Below are positions 24,654 through 36,749 of a DNA stretch of 64,000 bases, piece after piece. Each line of letters begins with the position of its first letter. Position 1 is the first letter of the stretch. The notes under the pieces were generated by a model that saw only the letters and a program-made list of their open reading frames with translations, did not search any database and was not told where the DNA came from. This stretch comes from Hemiscyllium ocellatum (lineage: Eukaryota): NCBI RefSeq assembly GCF_020745735.1, contig NW_026867640.1, positions 1,186,698 through 1,250,697 of the forward strand. The letters run 5' to 3'. The position numbers and the translations under genes were made by a program.

Positions 24654-24659
24654 AATAAA
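24654..24659 (+). terminator. Candidate polyadenylation signal of the GPCR
   Basis: AATAAA 211 bp downstream of stop. Confidence 0.5.
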
Positions 24660-24829
24660 AATGTTGATTAAAGCGTGCCGAGCAGCAGAGTGACCGATGT
24701 TGTTGTGTGCCTTTGTGTTGGAGAAGCTGAGCTGGAGAGAGACACACTCAAAATCAAGTCCTGGTCCTCAGGGAAGGGTAAGGCACCACGCTCTGAGCTC
24801 AGGAGCTGGGTTTAACTCCCTCTGTCCCC

Positions 24830-27800
24830 GCGACTCTCCCACTCTTACTCCACATTTCGCTCCATCTCCCTCTTCCACAACCTCCCACTTTCACTCTCCC
24901 TCATCCCTCTCTCTCTCGCACACACCTCCAAACAATGGTTCGCTACCTGCCTCCACTCTTCCCTCTCCCCTTCCCCCTCATTCTCTCTCAACCTTCTGCC
25001 GTCTCTGCCTGCCTTCTGCAATTTTCCCCCTTTTCCCACATCTCAAGCCAACACGCGCCACACCCCCACCCGACACAAAAGCAGCTTGAACCCCAGACCA
25101 CCCCCAGTCTCTTGGTCAGAGGGAGAAGGAAGGACCAGGGAGACAGAGTATGTCAGAGACAGAGGCAGGTAGGGACAGGATGGAAAGAGATTCAGCCAGT
25201 GGGATGTGGGGAGAGAGACATGGAGGGAGGGGGATCGTGAGGGAGAGAACGGGGAGAGAGAGTGAAGGAACAGGGAGAGAGAAGGGGGCAAGACAGAGAT
25301 AGGGTGGGTGAGCGAGGGCGAAAGAAAGGGGAGGGTGATAGGGAGGGGAGGGGGGAGGGGAGAGGGGGAGGGCGAGAGAGGGGAGGAAGAGAGAGGAGAG
25401 GGCAAGAGAGGGGATGACGAGAGAGGAAGGAGGGCGAGAGAGGGGCGGGCGAAAGAGGGGAGGGAGAGAGATGGGAGGGAGAGGAGAAGGCGAGAGAGGG
25501 AGGGCGAGAGTGGAGTGGGCAGGAGAGTGGGGAGGGCGAGAGAGTGGAGGGCGCGAGAGAGGAGGGTGAGAGAGGCGTGGGCGAGAGACGGGAGAGATGG
25601 AGAGGAACGGCGACAGAGGGGAGAAAGACAGAGGGGAGGGCGAGAGAGGGGAGGGAGAGAGAGGGGAGGCTGAGAGAGGGGTAGAGCGCGAGAGGAGAGG
25701 GCGATGGAGAGGGGAGGGCAAGAGAGGGGTAGGGGAGAGAGGACACGGGTGGGAGAGAAGGGGAGAGGCGGGATTGGCGAGAATGGGGAGGGCGAGACAG
25801 TGGGGAGGGGGAGAGAGGGGTGGGGAGAGAAGGGAGGCGGAGACAGGGGAGCAGAAGGTGGGGAGGGCGAAAGAGGTGAGGAAGATGGGGGGATGGCGAG
25901 AGAGAGGGGATGGCGAGAGAGAGGGGAGTTGACACGGACGGCAGAGAGGGAGGGCGAGAGAGGGGAGGGCGCGAGAGGGGAGGGAAAGAGACGGGAGGGT
26001 GACAAAGGGGATGGCGAGATGGGGGAACGAGCGAGGGGGGCGGGCGAGAGAGGGGAGGGCGAGACATGGGAGGATGAGAAGGGGAGGGATAGAGAGGGGG
26101 GCATGAGAAGGGAGGGTGAAAGTGGAGAGGGAGAGAGAGGGGAGGGGAGACCGCAGATGGCGAGAGAGAGGGGAGGAAGTGAGAGTGGAGAGGGTGAGAG
26201 AGAGGGCAGGGTGAGAGCAAGGGGAGGGTGAGAGAGGGGATGGCGAGAGAGGTGGGAGAGTGGGAGAGGGGCGGGCGACAGAGGCGAGGCGAGGCAAGAG
26301 ATGGGAGGGTGAGAGATGGTAGGTGTAGAAAGGGGAGGATAGACGGTGTGTGGGTGAGAGAGGGGTGGGAGACAGAGCGGAGGGCGAGAGTGTGAGGGCG
26401 AGAGATTGGATAGCGAGAGATGGGAGGGAGAGAAAGGAGAGTGCAGGAGCAGGGAGGGTGAGAGAGGGGAGGGCGAGAGAGGGTTGGGCGAGAGCTGGGA
26501 GGGAGAGAGAGTGGGAGGGCGGGAGAATGTAGGGAGAGAGAGGAGAGTGATAAAGAGTGCAGGGCGAGAGAGGAGAGCGCGTGAGAGTGGCGGATAGGAG
26601 AGAAGAGGGATAGAGAGGGGAAGGGAGAAAGAGAGAGGGGGAGGGCAGGAGCGGGGAGAGTGAGAGGGAGAAGGGCGAGATAGGGGATTGCGAGAGAGAG
26701 AGGGGAAAGTGAGAGAGGGGAGGGCAAGAAGAGAGGGGAAGGCGAGAGAGGGGAGGGCGAGAGAGGGGATGGCGAGAGAGAGAGAGGAAGGCGAGAGTGG
26801 GGAGGGCGAGAGAGAGGAGGGAGAGTGGGAGGAGAGAGAGAGAAGGGGAGGGCGGGAGAGTGGAGAGTGAGAGAGGGATGGGAGAGAAAGGGAAGGCCGA
26901 GAGAGGGGAGGGAGACAGAAGGGAGGGTGAGAGTAGGGACGGAGAGATGGTAGGGTGTGAGAGAGAGAAGGGGAAGGTGAGAGAGGGGAGGGAGCGAGAG
27001 AGGAGGGAGAGAGAGAGGGAGGGAGAGAGAGGGGAGGGCAGGAGTTGGGAGGGTGAGAGAGGGACGGGCAAGAGAGGGAGGGAGAGAGGCAGGAGGGCGA
27101 GAGAGAGGAGGGAGAGAGAGAGGAGGGCGAGAGAGGAGTCTGCAAGAGAGGGAATGACAAGAGTGGCAGGAGGGCGAGTGAGGGGCGGGCGAAGGGGGAG
27201 GGCGAGAGATGGGAGAGCGAAAGAGGGGAGGGAGAGATATGGGAGGGAGAGAGAGGAGATGGCGAGAGATTCGAGGGCGAGAGAGGAGAGGGATAGAGGG
27301 GATGGCGACAGAGGGGAGGGCGGGAGAGAGGAGGGTGAGAGATGGGAGAGCGAAAGAGGGGAGGGAGAGATATGGGAGAGAGAGAGAGGAGATGGCGAGA
27401 GATTCGAGGGCGAGAGAGGAGAGGGATAGAGGGGATGGCGACAGAGGGGAGGGCGGAAGAGAGGAGGGTGAGAGTTGGGTGGGTTAGATTCGGGAGGGAT
27501 GGAGGGGGACAGCATCAGAGGGGAAAGCAGCAGAGGGAAGGACGAGAGAGGGGAGGTAGAGAGAGGGGAGGCCGAGAGAGGGGGAGGGCGAGAGAGGAGA
27601 GCGTGATGGAGAGGGGAGGGCAAGAGAGAGGGAGGGCAGGAGAATGTCGGGAGAGAGAGGAGAGGGATAAAGAGTGTAGAGCGAGAGAGGAGAGAGAGTG
27701 GGAGTGGAGGGTGGGAGAGAGGAGGAAGAGATAGGGCAAGGGAGAGAGGGGAGAGCGAAAGAGTGGATGGCGAGAGAGAGAGGGGAAGGCAAGTGAGGTG

Positions 27801-30800
27801 AAGGCGAGAGAGAGGAGGGAGAGTGGGAGGAGCGAGAGAGAGGGGTAGGCGGGAGAGTGCAGGGTGAGAGAGGGAAGGGAGAGAGAGGGAAGGCCGAGAG
27901 AGGGGAGGGAGACAGAATGGAGAGTGAGAGAGGGGGGAGAGAGAGGGGGAGGGCGGGAGAGTGGAGGGGGAGAGTGAGAAAGGTGAGAGGGAAGGCCGAG
28001 AGAGGGGAGGGAGACAGAGGGAGGGTGACAGAGCGGAGGGAGAGAGAGGAGAGGGCGGGAGACTGGAGGGTGACAGACAGGAGGGATAGAGTGGAGGGAG
28101 AGAGAGCGGGGAGGGAGAAAAATGGAGGGTGAGAGAGGAGCGGGAGAGAGGGGAGGTTGAGAGAGCAAGGGGAAGGCGAGAGAGAGGAGGTAGAGTGGGG
28201 AGGGAGAGAGAGGGGAGGGACAGGGAAAGGGGAGGAAGAGAGAGAGGCGAGGGCGAGAGAGAGGGGAGGAAGAGAGAGATTAGGGGGTGAGGGAGAGGGC
28301 AGAGCGAGAGAGTAGAGGGCGAGAGCGGGTCGAGGGCGAGAGAGGTGCAGGGCGAGGGTGAGGGAATGGCGAGAGAGAGGAGTGAGAGAGAGGAGGGAGA
28401 GAGGGGGGAGGGACGGAGAGTGGAGAGTGAGGGAGGGGAGGGAGAGAGAGGGGAGGGAGAGAGAGGGGAGGGCGAGAGAGAGGAGGGAGAGAACGGAGGG
28501 AGAGAGAGGAGGGAGGGAAAGTGGAGTGTGAGAGTGGGAGTGGGAGAGAGGGATGTCCGAGAGAGGGGAAGGAGACAGACGGGAGGGTGAGAGAGGGTAG
28601 GGAGAGAGAGGGAAGGGAGAGAGAAAGGGCAGTGAGAGAGGGAGACGAGGGTGAGAGAGAGGGGTGGAAGAGAGAGAGGAGGGGGTGAGAGAGGAGGGAG
28701 AGAGAGGGGGAGGGAGAGTGGAGGGTGAGAGAAGGGTGGGAGAGAGAGTGAAGGCCGAGAGAGGGGAAGGAGAGAGAGGGGAGAGCAAGAGAGAGGAGGG
28801 AGAGAGAGGGAAGCGAGAGAGAGGGGAGGGCGAGTGAGGGGAGGGCGAGAGAAGCGAGGGCGAGAAATGGGAGGGTCATAAATGGGAGGAAGAGAGAGGG
28901 GAGTGTGAGACAGGGGAGGGAGAGAGGGAAGGCCGAGAGATGGGAAGGAGACAGAGGGGAGGGTGAGAGAGCGAGGGGAATGCGGGAGAGGTGAGAGAGA
29001 GGGGGCGATGGAGAGAGAGGGGAGGGAGAGAGAAAGGGGAGGGAGAGACAGGCGAGAGCGAGAGACAGTGGAGAGGAAGAGAGAGAGACGAGGGCGAGAG
29101 AGAGGGGAGGAATAGAGAGAGGAGGGTGTGAGAGAGGGTTGGGGCGAGAGAGTAGAGGTCGAGAGCGGGTGGAGTGCGAGAGAGGAGGAAGGGGAGCGAA
29201 GGGGGTGTGAGAGAGGGGAATGCGATAGATTGGAGGGAGTGAGTGTGGGTGGGAGAAAGAGAGGTGGGAGAGAGGGTGGAGGGCGTGTGAGGGGACTGCG
29301 AGAGAGGGGAGGGCGAGAGGGGGAGGGCGAGAGATGGGAGGGCGTGAGTGGGGAGGGAGAGAGAGGAGAGTGCAAGAGCGAGGAGGGAGAGAGAGGGAAG
29401 CGAGAGAGGGGAGGGGAGAGTGTGGAGGGGAGAGAAAGGAGCAAGAACGGGGGAGGCCGAGAGAGAGGTGAGGGCACGAGAGAGGAGGGAAGGAGAGGAG
29501 GGTGAGAGAGGGGGAGGGAGGGTGAGTGCAGGGTGAGAGAGAGGAGGGACAGAGGGTGTAGCGAGAGAGAGGGGAGGGCAAGCGAGGGTAGGTCGAGGGA
29601 AGGGAGGGTGAGAGAGAGGAGGGAGAGAAGGTGGAGGGTGAGAGGGGGAGGGCGAGAGAGAGAGGTGGGCGAGAGAGGGGAGGGCGAGCAAGGGGAGGGC
29701 GAGAGAGGGAAAAGCGAGAGAAGGAAGGGCGAGAGTGGGAGGGGGCATTAGAAGGGAGGGAGAGTGAGGGGAGGGCTAGAGAGGCGAGGGGGAGAGAGGG
29801 AAGGGAGAGACAGGTGAGGGCGAGAGGGAGGAGGGAGAGAGAGGAGGGCAGGAGATGTGATGGCGAGAGAGAGGGGAGGGAGAGGGGGAGAGCAAAAGAG
29901 TGGATGGCGAGAGAGAGAGGGGAAGGCGAGTAAGGTGAGGGCGAGAGAGAGGAGGGAGAGTGGGAGGAGCGAGAGAGAGGGGTAGGCGGGAGAGTGGAGG
30001 GTGAGAGAGGGGAGGGAGACAGAATGGAGGGCGAGCGAGGGGAGGGCGAGAGAAGCGACGGCGAGAAATGGGACGGTGATAAAGGGGAGGAAGAGAGGGG
30101 GGAGTGTGAGACAGGGGCGGGGGAGAGAGGGAAGGCCGAGAGATGGGAAGGAGACAGAGGAGAGGGTGAGAGAGCGAGGGGAATGCGGGAGATGTGAGGG
30201 AGAGAGAGGGGATGGAGAGAGAGGGGAGGGAGAGAGAAAGGGGAGTGAGAGACAGGCGAGAGCGAGAGAGAGGAGAGGAAGAGAGAGAGAGACGAGGGCG
30301 AGAGAGAGGGGAGGAATAGAGAGAGGAGGGTGTGAGAGAGGGCAGGGCGAGAGAGTAGAGGGCGAGAACGGGTGGAGTGCGAGAGAGGAGGAAGGGGAGG
30401 GAAGGGGGTGTGAGAGGGGAGAGCGATAGATTGGAGGGAGTGAGTGTGGGTGGAAGAAAGAGAGGTGGGAGAGAGGGTGGAGGGCGTGAGAGAGGAGGGA
30501 GGTAGAAGAGTGTAATGTAGAGGAGAGGGAGAGAGAGGGGGAAGGCGAGAGACAGTGGAGAGAGAGAGGAATAGGAGGGCGAGAGCAGGAGAGAGAGGGG
30601 AGGGAGAGAGAGTGAAGGAAAAGAGGGGAGGGCGAGAGAGGGAAGGGAGAGAGAGGGGAAGGCGGGCGTGGGTACGGCGAGAGAGGGGGAGGGCAAGAGG
30701 GGGAGGGCGAGAGAGAGGGGAGTGCGAGAGAGTGGCGAGGAAGAGAGAGGGAAGTGCGAGAGAGGGAAGGTTGAGAGTAGGGGAGGGCAAGACAGGGAAA

Positions 30801-31560
30801 AGCGAGGGATGGAAGGGCCGGAGAGGGGAGGGGAAGAGAGAGGGGAAGGATAGAGAGGGGAGGGCGAGAAAGGGTAGGGGAGAGAGGGAATGTCGGGAGA
30901 GAGGAGGACGAGAGAGTGGAGGGTCGGCGAGGAGAAGGCAAGAGAGGGGTGTGCGAGAGAGAGGAAGGATGGGAGACGGGAGGCTGAGTGTGGGGGAGGG
31001 CGAGAGAGTGGAAAGCGAGAGAGGGAAGGGCGAGGAATGGGAAGGCTAGAGAGAGGGGAGGGATAGAGAGGGGAGGGCGAGAGAGGGGGAGAGAAGGGTG
31101 CACGAGAGAGGGGAGGGATTGAGAGGGGAGGGCGAGAGAAGGGAGGGCGAGAGAGGGAAAGGGAATGAGAGGGGAGGGCAAGAGAGGGGAGTGAGAGAGA
31201 TGGGTGGGCGAGAGATGGGAAGGGATTGAGAGGGGAGAGCAAGAGAGTGGAGTGAAAGAAAGGGGAGGATGAGAGAGAGAAGGGGAGAGCTGGAGGGCGA
31301 GAGAGGGGATGGATGGAGAGTGGAGTGCGAGAGAGGGAAGGGCGAAAGAGGTGGGAAGAGAGAGGGGTGGGCGAGAGAGGGGAGGGCGCGAGACGTGAGG
31401 GCGAGCGAGGGAAGTGCAAGAGAGGGAGGGAAGACGAATGGGAAGGGCGAGAGAGAGGAGAGAGAGGGAGAGAGGGAGGTGAGAGAGAGCGAGGGGAGGG
31501 AAAGAGAGAGGAGGGCGAGAGAAGGGTAGGGCGAGAAAAGGGGAGGGCGAGAGAGGTAAA
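24830..31560. repeat. GA-rich polypurine/polypyrimidine satellite (CT-rich on + 24830-25085, GA-rich on + 25100-31560)
   Basis: Core ggggagggcgagagag; 133-bp tandem duplication (27209/27342); ~1.2 kb higher-order copy (28862/30063). Confidence 0.97.
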
Positions 31561-31655
31561 TGGAGAGGTGTGGGTCTAGATGGTTTGCTCTTCGGAGGGT
31601 CAGTGTGGACTTGTTGGGCTAAAGGGTCTGTTTCCACATTGTCGGTCATCTCATC
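31555..31655 (+). mobile_element. 3' half of an HE1-type SINE abutting the satellite
   Basis: gggtctagatggtttgctcttcggagggtcagtgtggacttgttgggc tail. Confidence 0.7.
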
Positions 31656-31869
31656 TAATAATTATCACAGGATAGACGGCTGAGAGAGATTACCAACATG
31701 GACCTGCTTGTTTGGGCCCAGAGGCCTTTCTTCACACTACTCCTCAAAAAACCAAACCAAAGTAAAGCTGAGCCTAGAGAACTGGCCGTTCCCCTTCCAT
31801 TATACAAGTGTTTTTTTTTAAACTTGAACACCTGCTCCCTGAGGCAGTATCTTTTAGCTATTATCAAAT

Positions 31870-33480
31870 TGGCCCTAAAATCCTTCCAAACTGAGACTTT
31901 TCCAAACCTGTGTTTTTATGACCTCCAGGAGAAAAAAATAAATGACAACCTAACCTTGTTAGAGGAATAGCTTTGCCACATTATTAAAATACCCTTTGAG
32001 CACATTCACAAGGCACTGTATGATATTTCTTTCTATCCGCCATCCTTATTAAGTAATTCACCTCACTGAACTTACTTCCACTTTGATAACTTCCACTAAA
32101 TCTTGCTTTTGAAGGTTCTCCTCTCACTGGAAGTAACAGTAACACTTTACCTCTGTTCACAAAATTGCAAATTTTCAATCTCTTGTCTGCTTCCTGCTTC
32201 ATCACATGCTGTGCTACTTTTAAATGCCATCTAGCCAACTCCCCCGCCCAATTTAATCATTCCCTAAAATTTGAAACACTATTTAAGTTAGTTGTTGCTT
32301 ATTAATTTCTCGTTATTTATTTTCAGTGGTCCTCTCAGCTCATGCCCCAACACTCATTCTAATGGACTGAATGAGGCAGATTCATTTTGTACATCCCTAT
32401 TGGCAAGATGTTATATGGAATTCCTTTATCCATTTGGTTTTATTGTCTTGACAATATGCCCTCAAAATCGTCTTCTCTAAATTTGCTAATGGGCTTTGAA
32501 GTTTGATGCCACCTTGCTAACACTTCTTGCCATTCTTGTTGGGAAGCAGTAGAATTGAATTGTTTTATTCCTAAGCTAACCACAACTGCCATGCATACAT
32601 TTAATGTAAAATTTGACCCTTCATCGGATTGTACCTCTGTGTGTAGTCTTTATTGACTTAAACATTGGGGTAACCCTTCTACAATCCTTCTAGCAGTGGT
32701 ATTGTACAAATGGAATGGCCTTTGCAAATCTAATGGACTCATCCATTATTCTTAACAAATACTGATTCCTACTTTTTTATGTAGGAAACTTACTCAATCA
32801 ATTAAGACTCTTGAAAAAGGTTCCTCAAATGCAGAGATGGGTATTAAAGGTGCTGGTTTTATTATTGCCTGAGTTTTTCTGGTTGCATGACATGTATGGC
32901 ATTTCTTGCAATTTTCAACTCCATCTTTATGCAGTCCAGGCCAGTAAAAATGTTTTTGTATTTTGCCGGGAGTTCTTCTCACTCCCACAATGACCCAAAG
33001 GTAGCTCAGGTGCTTCCTGCCACACCTCCTTTCTATAAGCCCCTGGTAATGAATTTCTCCAACTTTCCCATCTGCCTGAATATGTGATCGTCTCCATTTC
33101 CTCATCAAGGCATCATGTTAAAGTTAGTAACATTTGGGAATGCAGTCAAATTCTTCTTCTGTGTATGCTTTTCAATCCAATTGCTTCAGGTTTTCATCTT
33201 CCATTAGTTCTGCGTCTGTTTTGTTTTGTCTGAGCTGTTCAATCAAATATGGTCTCTGATCATTCTGTTTTAACTTGCTTATCTGTACTGTTCGATTTCT
33301 TCTCCCGTTTCAACTGGTGGCTTTGTGACCTTATTATCTGCCCGTTAATGTTTTCCAATCTTTTCATGATCACAGAACAAAATGACATCATGTGTTAAGA
33401 ATGATTCTTGGGAGGCAATGTGTCATTGAAATTTGAGAGGTTATGTCTCCACATTATTTTTCTGGTGGGGTGATGAGAGA
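31870..33480 (-). mobile_element. Gypsy LTR-retrotransposon pol fragment (integrase), decayed
   Basis: ORF 32794-33108 HFYWPGLHKD..CKKCHTC..PAPLIPI..FSRVLID (H2C2 zinc domain into rve); ORF 31984-32238 ARFSGSY (GPY/F module). Confidence 0.88.
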
Positions 33481-33539
33481 TTGTTTGAGGCAAATGGGGA
33501 AGCACTAATTATGCCCATGCTTATCTCAGGGAAAGATCA

Positions 33540-36420
33540 TCTTAAACATAGATGATAGGAGAAGCAGGAGGCCATTCAGCCCTTTGAGACTGCTCTGCCA
33601 TTATCATGATTATGTGATGCCCAACTCAACAGCCTTATCTGTTTACTCCCCTTTGAACCCATTTGCCTTAAATGCTGTATGGAACCGCATCTTCAATACA
33701 TTCAATGTTTTGGCCTCAACTAATTCCTGTGATAATGAATTCCACAGGCTCATCGCTCTTTGGGTGAAGAAATGTCTCCCTCATCTCTCTCCCAAATGAT
33801 CCACCCAAATCTTCGTTCTGTGTCCCCTGATTCTAGACACACCCATCATCAGGAGCATCCGTCCTGTATCTACCTTGTCTCATCCTGTTAGAATGAGATC
33901 CCCTCCCATTCGTTTAAACTCCAGCGAATACAATCCTGAGCTGGACAATCTGTCCTCGTATGTTAGTTCCACCATTCAAGCAAGAGCATCCTTCCTCAGA
34001 AAAGGGGACCAAAACTGCACACAGTGTTTGAGGTGTGTCCTCAGCAAGGCCCTGTACATCTGTAACAAAGTATCCCTGCTCCTGCACTTGAAGCATCACA
34101 CAATGAAGGCCAATATAGCATTTGCCTTCTTTGCTGCCTGCTGCACCTGAATGCTTACCTTCAGCGACTGGTGCACAAGGGCATGTAAGCCCTGCAGCAT
34201 ACTCTCCTCTCCCAATTCACAGCCAGTCAGGTAGTCATCCACCACCTTGCTTTTGTTTCCAAAGTGAATAACCTGACATTTACTCAAAATAACTGCACCT
34301 GCCATTGATTTGCCCGCCCACCCAATCTGTCCAGGTCATATCATAGGTCTCTGCATTCTCCCACCCAACTTGGTATCATCTGTAAGCCTTGAGATATTAC
34401 ATTTTTTTCTTTCATCCAAGTCATTAATATATATTGTTAATAACCGGGGGGCCTGTGGCACCCCACTTGCTACTGGCTGCCAAATTGAAACGGACCCCTT
34501 GAGCCCTACTCTGTTTCCTCTCTGCCGATCAGTTTTCTATCGATCTCAGTACATTTAACCCAATCTCATACGCTTTAATACGGCACAGTGATGTCTTAAG
34601 TGGGACATTGTCAAACACTTTCTGAAAGCCCAAATATACCATATTGACCAGTTCTCCTTTGTCAACTCTGATATTTATACCTTCTTAGAATTCCAATAGA
34701 TTTGGCAAGCATGATTTCCCCTCCATACATCCATGCTGACTCTGTTTGATCTTGCCACGGCTTTCTCAATGTTCTGCCACAAAGTACTTAATAAAGGATT
34801 TGATCATTTTCCCCACTACTGATCTGAAGCTAACTGGTCTATAATTCCCTGGTTTTGTCTGTACCTCTCTTTCTGAGCGTTGGAGAAGCAGTAGCTGCCC
34901 TACAATCTGCAAGTACTGTACCAAAATTTAACGATTCCTGACAACCAAAGCACCCACTATTTCTCGAAACACTTCCTTAAGTATTCTGGGATGTAAATGT
35001 ATAAGTTCCTGAGGATTTAAAGGGTTAAATCCCTCAATTTCCCAGCACCATTTCTCTACTAATATTGAGCTCCGTCAGTTCGTCTCTCTAACTAAATCTT
35101 GCATTCTCCAGGATTTCTGGTGCTTGATTTGTTTTCTTCGAGTCAGGCCGTCTTACAGCACAGAGAGAGGTCGTTTGCCCCAAACTGATCCATACTGACC
35201 AAAATGTCCACCCATGCTAACTCCATTTCCCTGCATTTGGGCCACATCCTTATAACCCTTTCCTATCCATTGATTTGTCAAAATGCATTTAAATGTTGTT
35301 AACATACCCACCTCAACCATTTCCACTGGCAGCTCATTCCATACACGTACCTACGTCTGTGTAAACAAATTGCCCCTCAGGTTCCCTTTTTTACCTTTCC
35401 CCTCTAACCTTAAACTAATGCCTTCTCATACTCGATTCCGCAATGCTGGCAAAAATGACTGTGTGCATGTCTCTCATGATTTTGTACACTTCTCTAAGAT
35501 CCCCTCTCAGTCTCCTAGACTGCTGAGAAAAGAAGTTCTAGCTTGTTCAGCCTGTCCTTATAACTCAGACCATTGAGTCTTAGCAACATCCTTATAAATT
35601 TCTTCTGCACTCTTTCCAGTTTAATAACTTCCTTCCTCGTGCAAGGTGACCAAAACAGAACACATGTTCCAACTGCAGCCTCACCAACCTCATGCACAAC
35701 TGTTCTTTTTTGTGAAGACAGAACTAAAGTATGTACTCATTTGCTCAGATGTTTCTTTGTCCTTTGTTATACATTTCCCCATTTCCATCTGCAGGGACCT
35801 ACATTTGTCTCCACCAATGGCTTTCTCTTCAAGTACTGGAGAACCTTGTAGTGTCAGTCTTCATGTTCCCTGCAAGCTTGCTTTCTTTTGTATTGTGTTT
35901 TCGCCATCTTAATCAATCCCTTGGTGCTTCTTTGCTGAATTTGAAACTGCTTTCAAACATCAGACCAATTATTTTCTTGGCCAATCTCTATGCTTCATCC
36001 TTCAACTGGATGCTATCTAATTTCATTTATAAGTCACGGATTGGCCCTGTTACACATTTTGTTTTTGTACCAGAAAGGAATAAATAGTTGTTGCAGTTCC
36101 CCCATGATTTCCTTGAATATTTGCCAATGCCTATCTACTGTCACACCTTGAAGAAACTTCCACTAATCTATCAACGCCAACTCCTGACTTAGATATCTTC
36201 ATCGTTTCCTTTATTAACATTCAGCACCCTAGTCTCCAGATCAGCTAGCTCACTCTCCATCTTGATGAAAAAGTTTTATCAGGTCATGGTCACTCATCTA
36301 CAAGGAATCACACGCAGCTAGATTGGCAATGATATCCTTTTCATTACACAGAACCCAGCCTAAGATGGCCTGCTATCTAGTTGGTTCATCCACATGTTGG
36401 ATAATAAAACCATTGATAGA
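33540..36420 (-). mobile_element. Stack of at least two CR1 LINEs
   Basis: 3' tails at ~33545 and ~35150, RT/C-terminal pieces (ORFs 34096-34305, 35515-35697), endonuclease-region sequence ending ~36420. Confidence 0.85.
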
Positions 36421-36661
36421 TTATGCTAGCATCACTATTTAGTTGGTAAACGTGGTGGATAACTATTGATACACCAGTTGGGGATTTTGAGAATCAGCTC
36501 ATGTGTTACTCTGTGAAGTATAAAACAGTATTAAAATTTATCAAGAATGATCAGAATTTACTAGCGCAATTATGTGATGAAGGTTTATTGGGACGTTATT
36601 TTGCCTTTGGTTCTGAAAATTTAAAATGATGGTTGATTTTAGATTTGTTTTATGCAGAGCT

Positions 36662-36700
36662 AGTTATTGTGTGACCCAGTCCAGAGAATGTAACATTGTG
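36662..36700 (-). promoter_or_regulatory. 23-bp spacer recombination signal sequence of JH
   Basis: Top strand nonamer AGTTATTGT 36662-36670, exactly 23 nt spacer, heptamer CATTGTG 36694-36700 (CACAATG-23-ACAATAACT on minus). Confidence 0.9.
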
Positions 36701-36749
36701 ACTAGCTTGATTACTGGGGCAAAAGGGACCGTGGTGACAGTGACTTCCC
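36701..36749 (+). pseudogene. IGHJ: IgH joining segment (JH) with 5' stop and +1 frameshift
   Basis: ac TAG ctt gat tac tgg ggc aaa (a) ggg acc gtg gtg aca gtg act tcc c|gtaag = *LDYWGK/GTVVTVTS; donor GT at 36750. Confidence 0.92.

Noticed and set aside
25100-31560. G-rich tract as an Ig switch (S) region
   Set aside because: It lies upstream of JH rather than in the J-C intron and nearly lacks AGCT/WGCW AID hotspots
25043-31649. Very long Pro/Ser/Leu-rich (minus) and Arg/Glu/Gly-rich (plus) ORFs up to 1453 aa
   Set aside because: A CT-only strand cannot encode stop codons; ORFs overlap in all frames and have no domain structure, so they are compositional artefacts
36488-36551. Possible D segment remnant (ctctgtg-aagtataa-aacagta)
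   Set aside because: Heptamer-like on both sides but no nonamer at 12 or 23 nt on either side, and too close to JH
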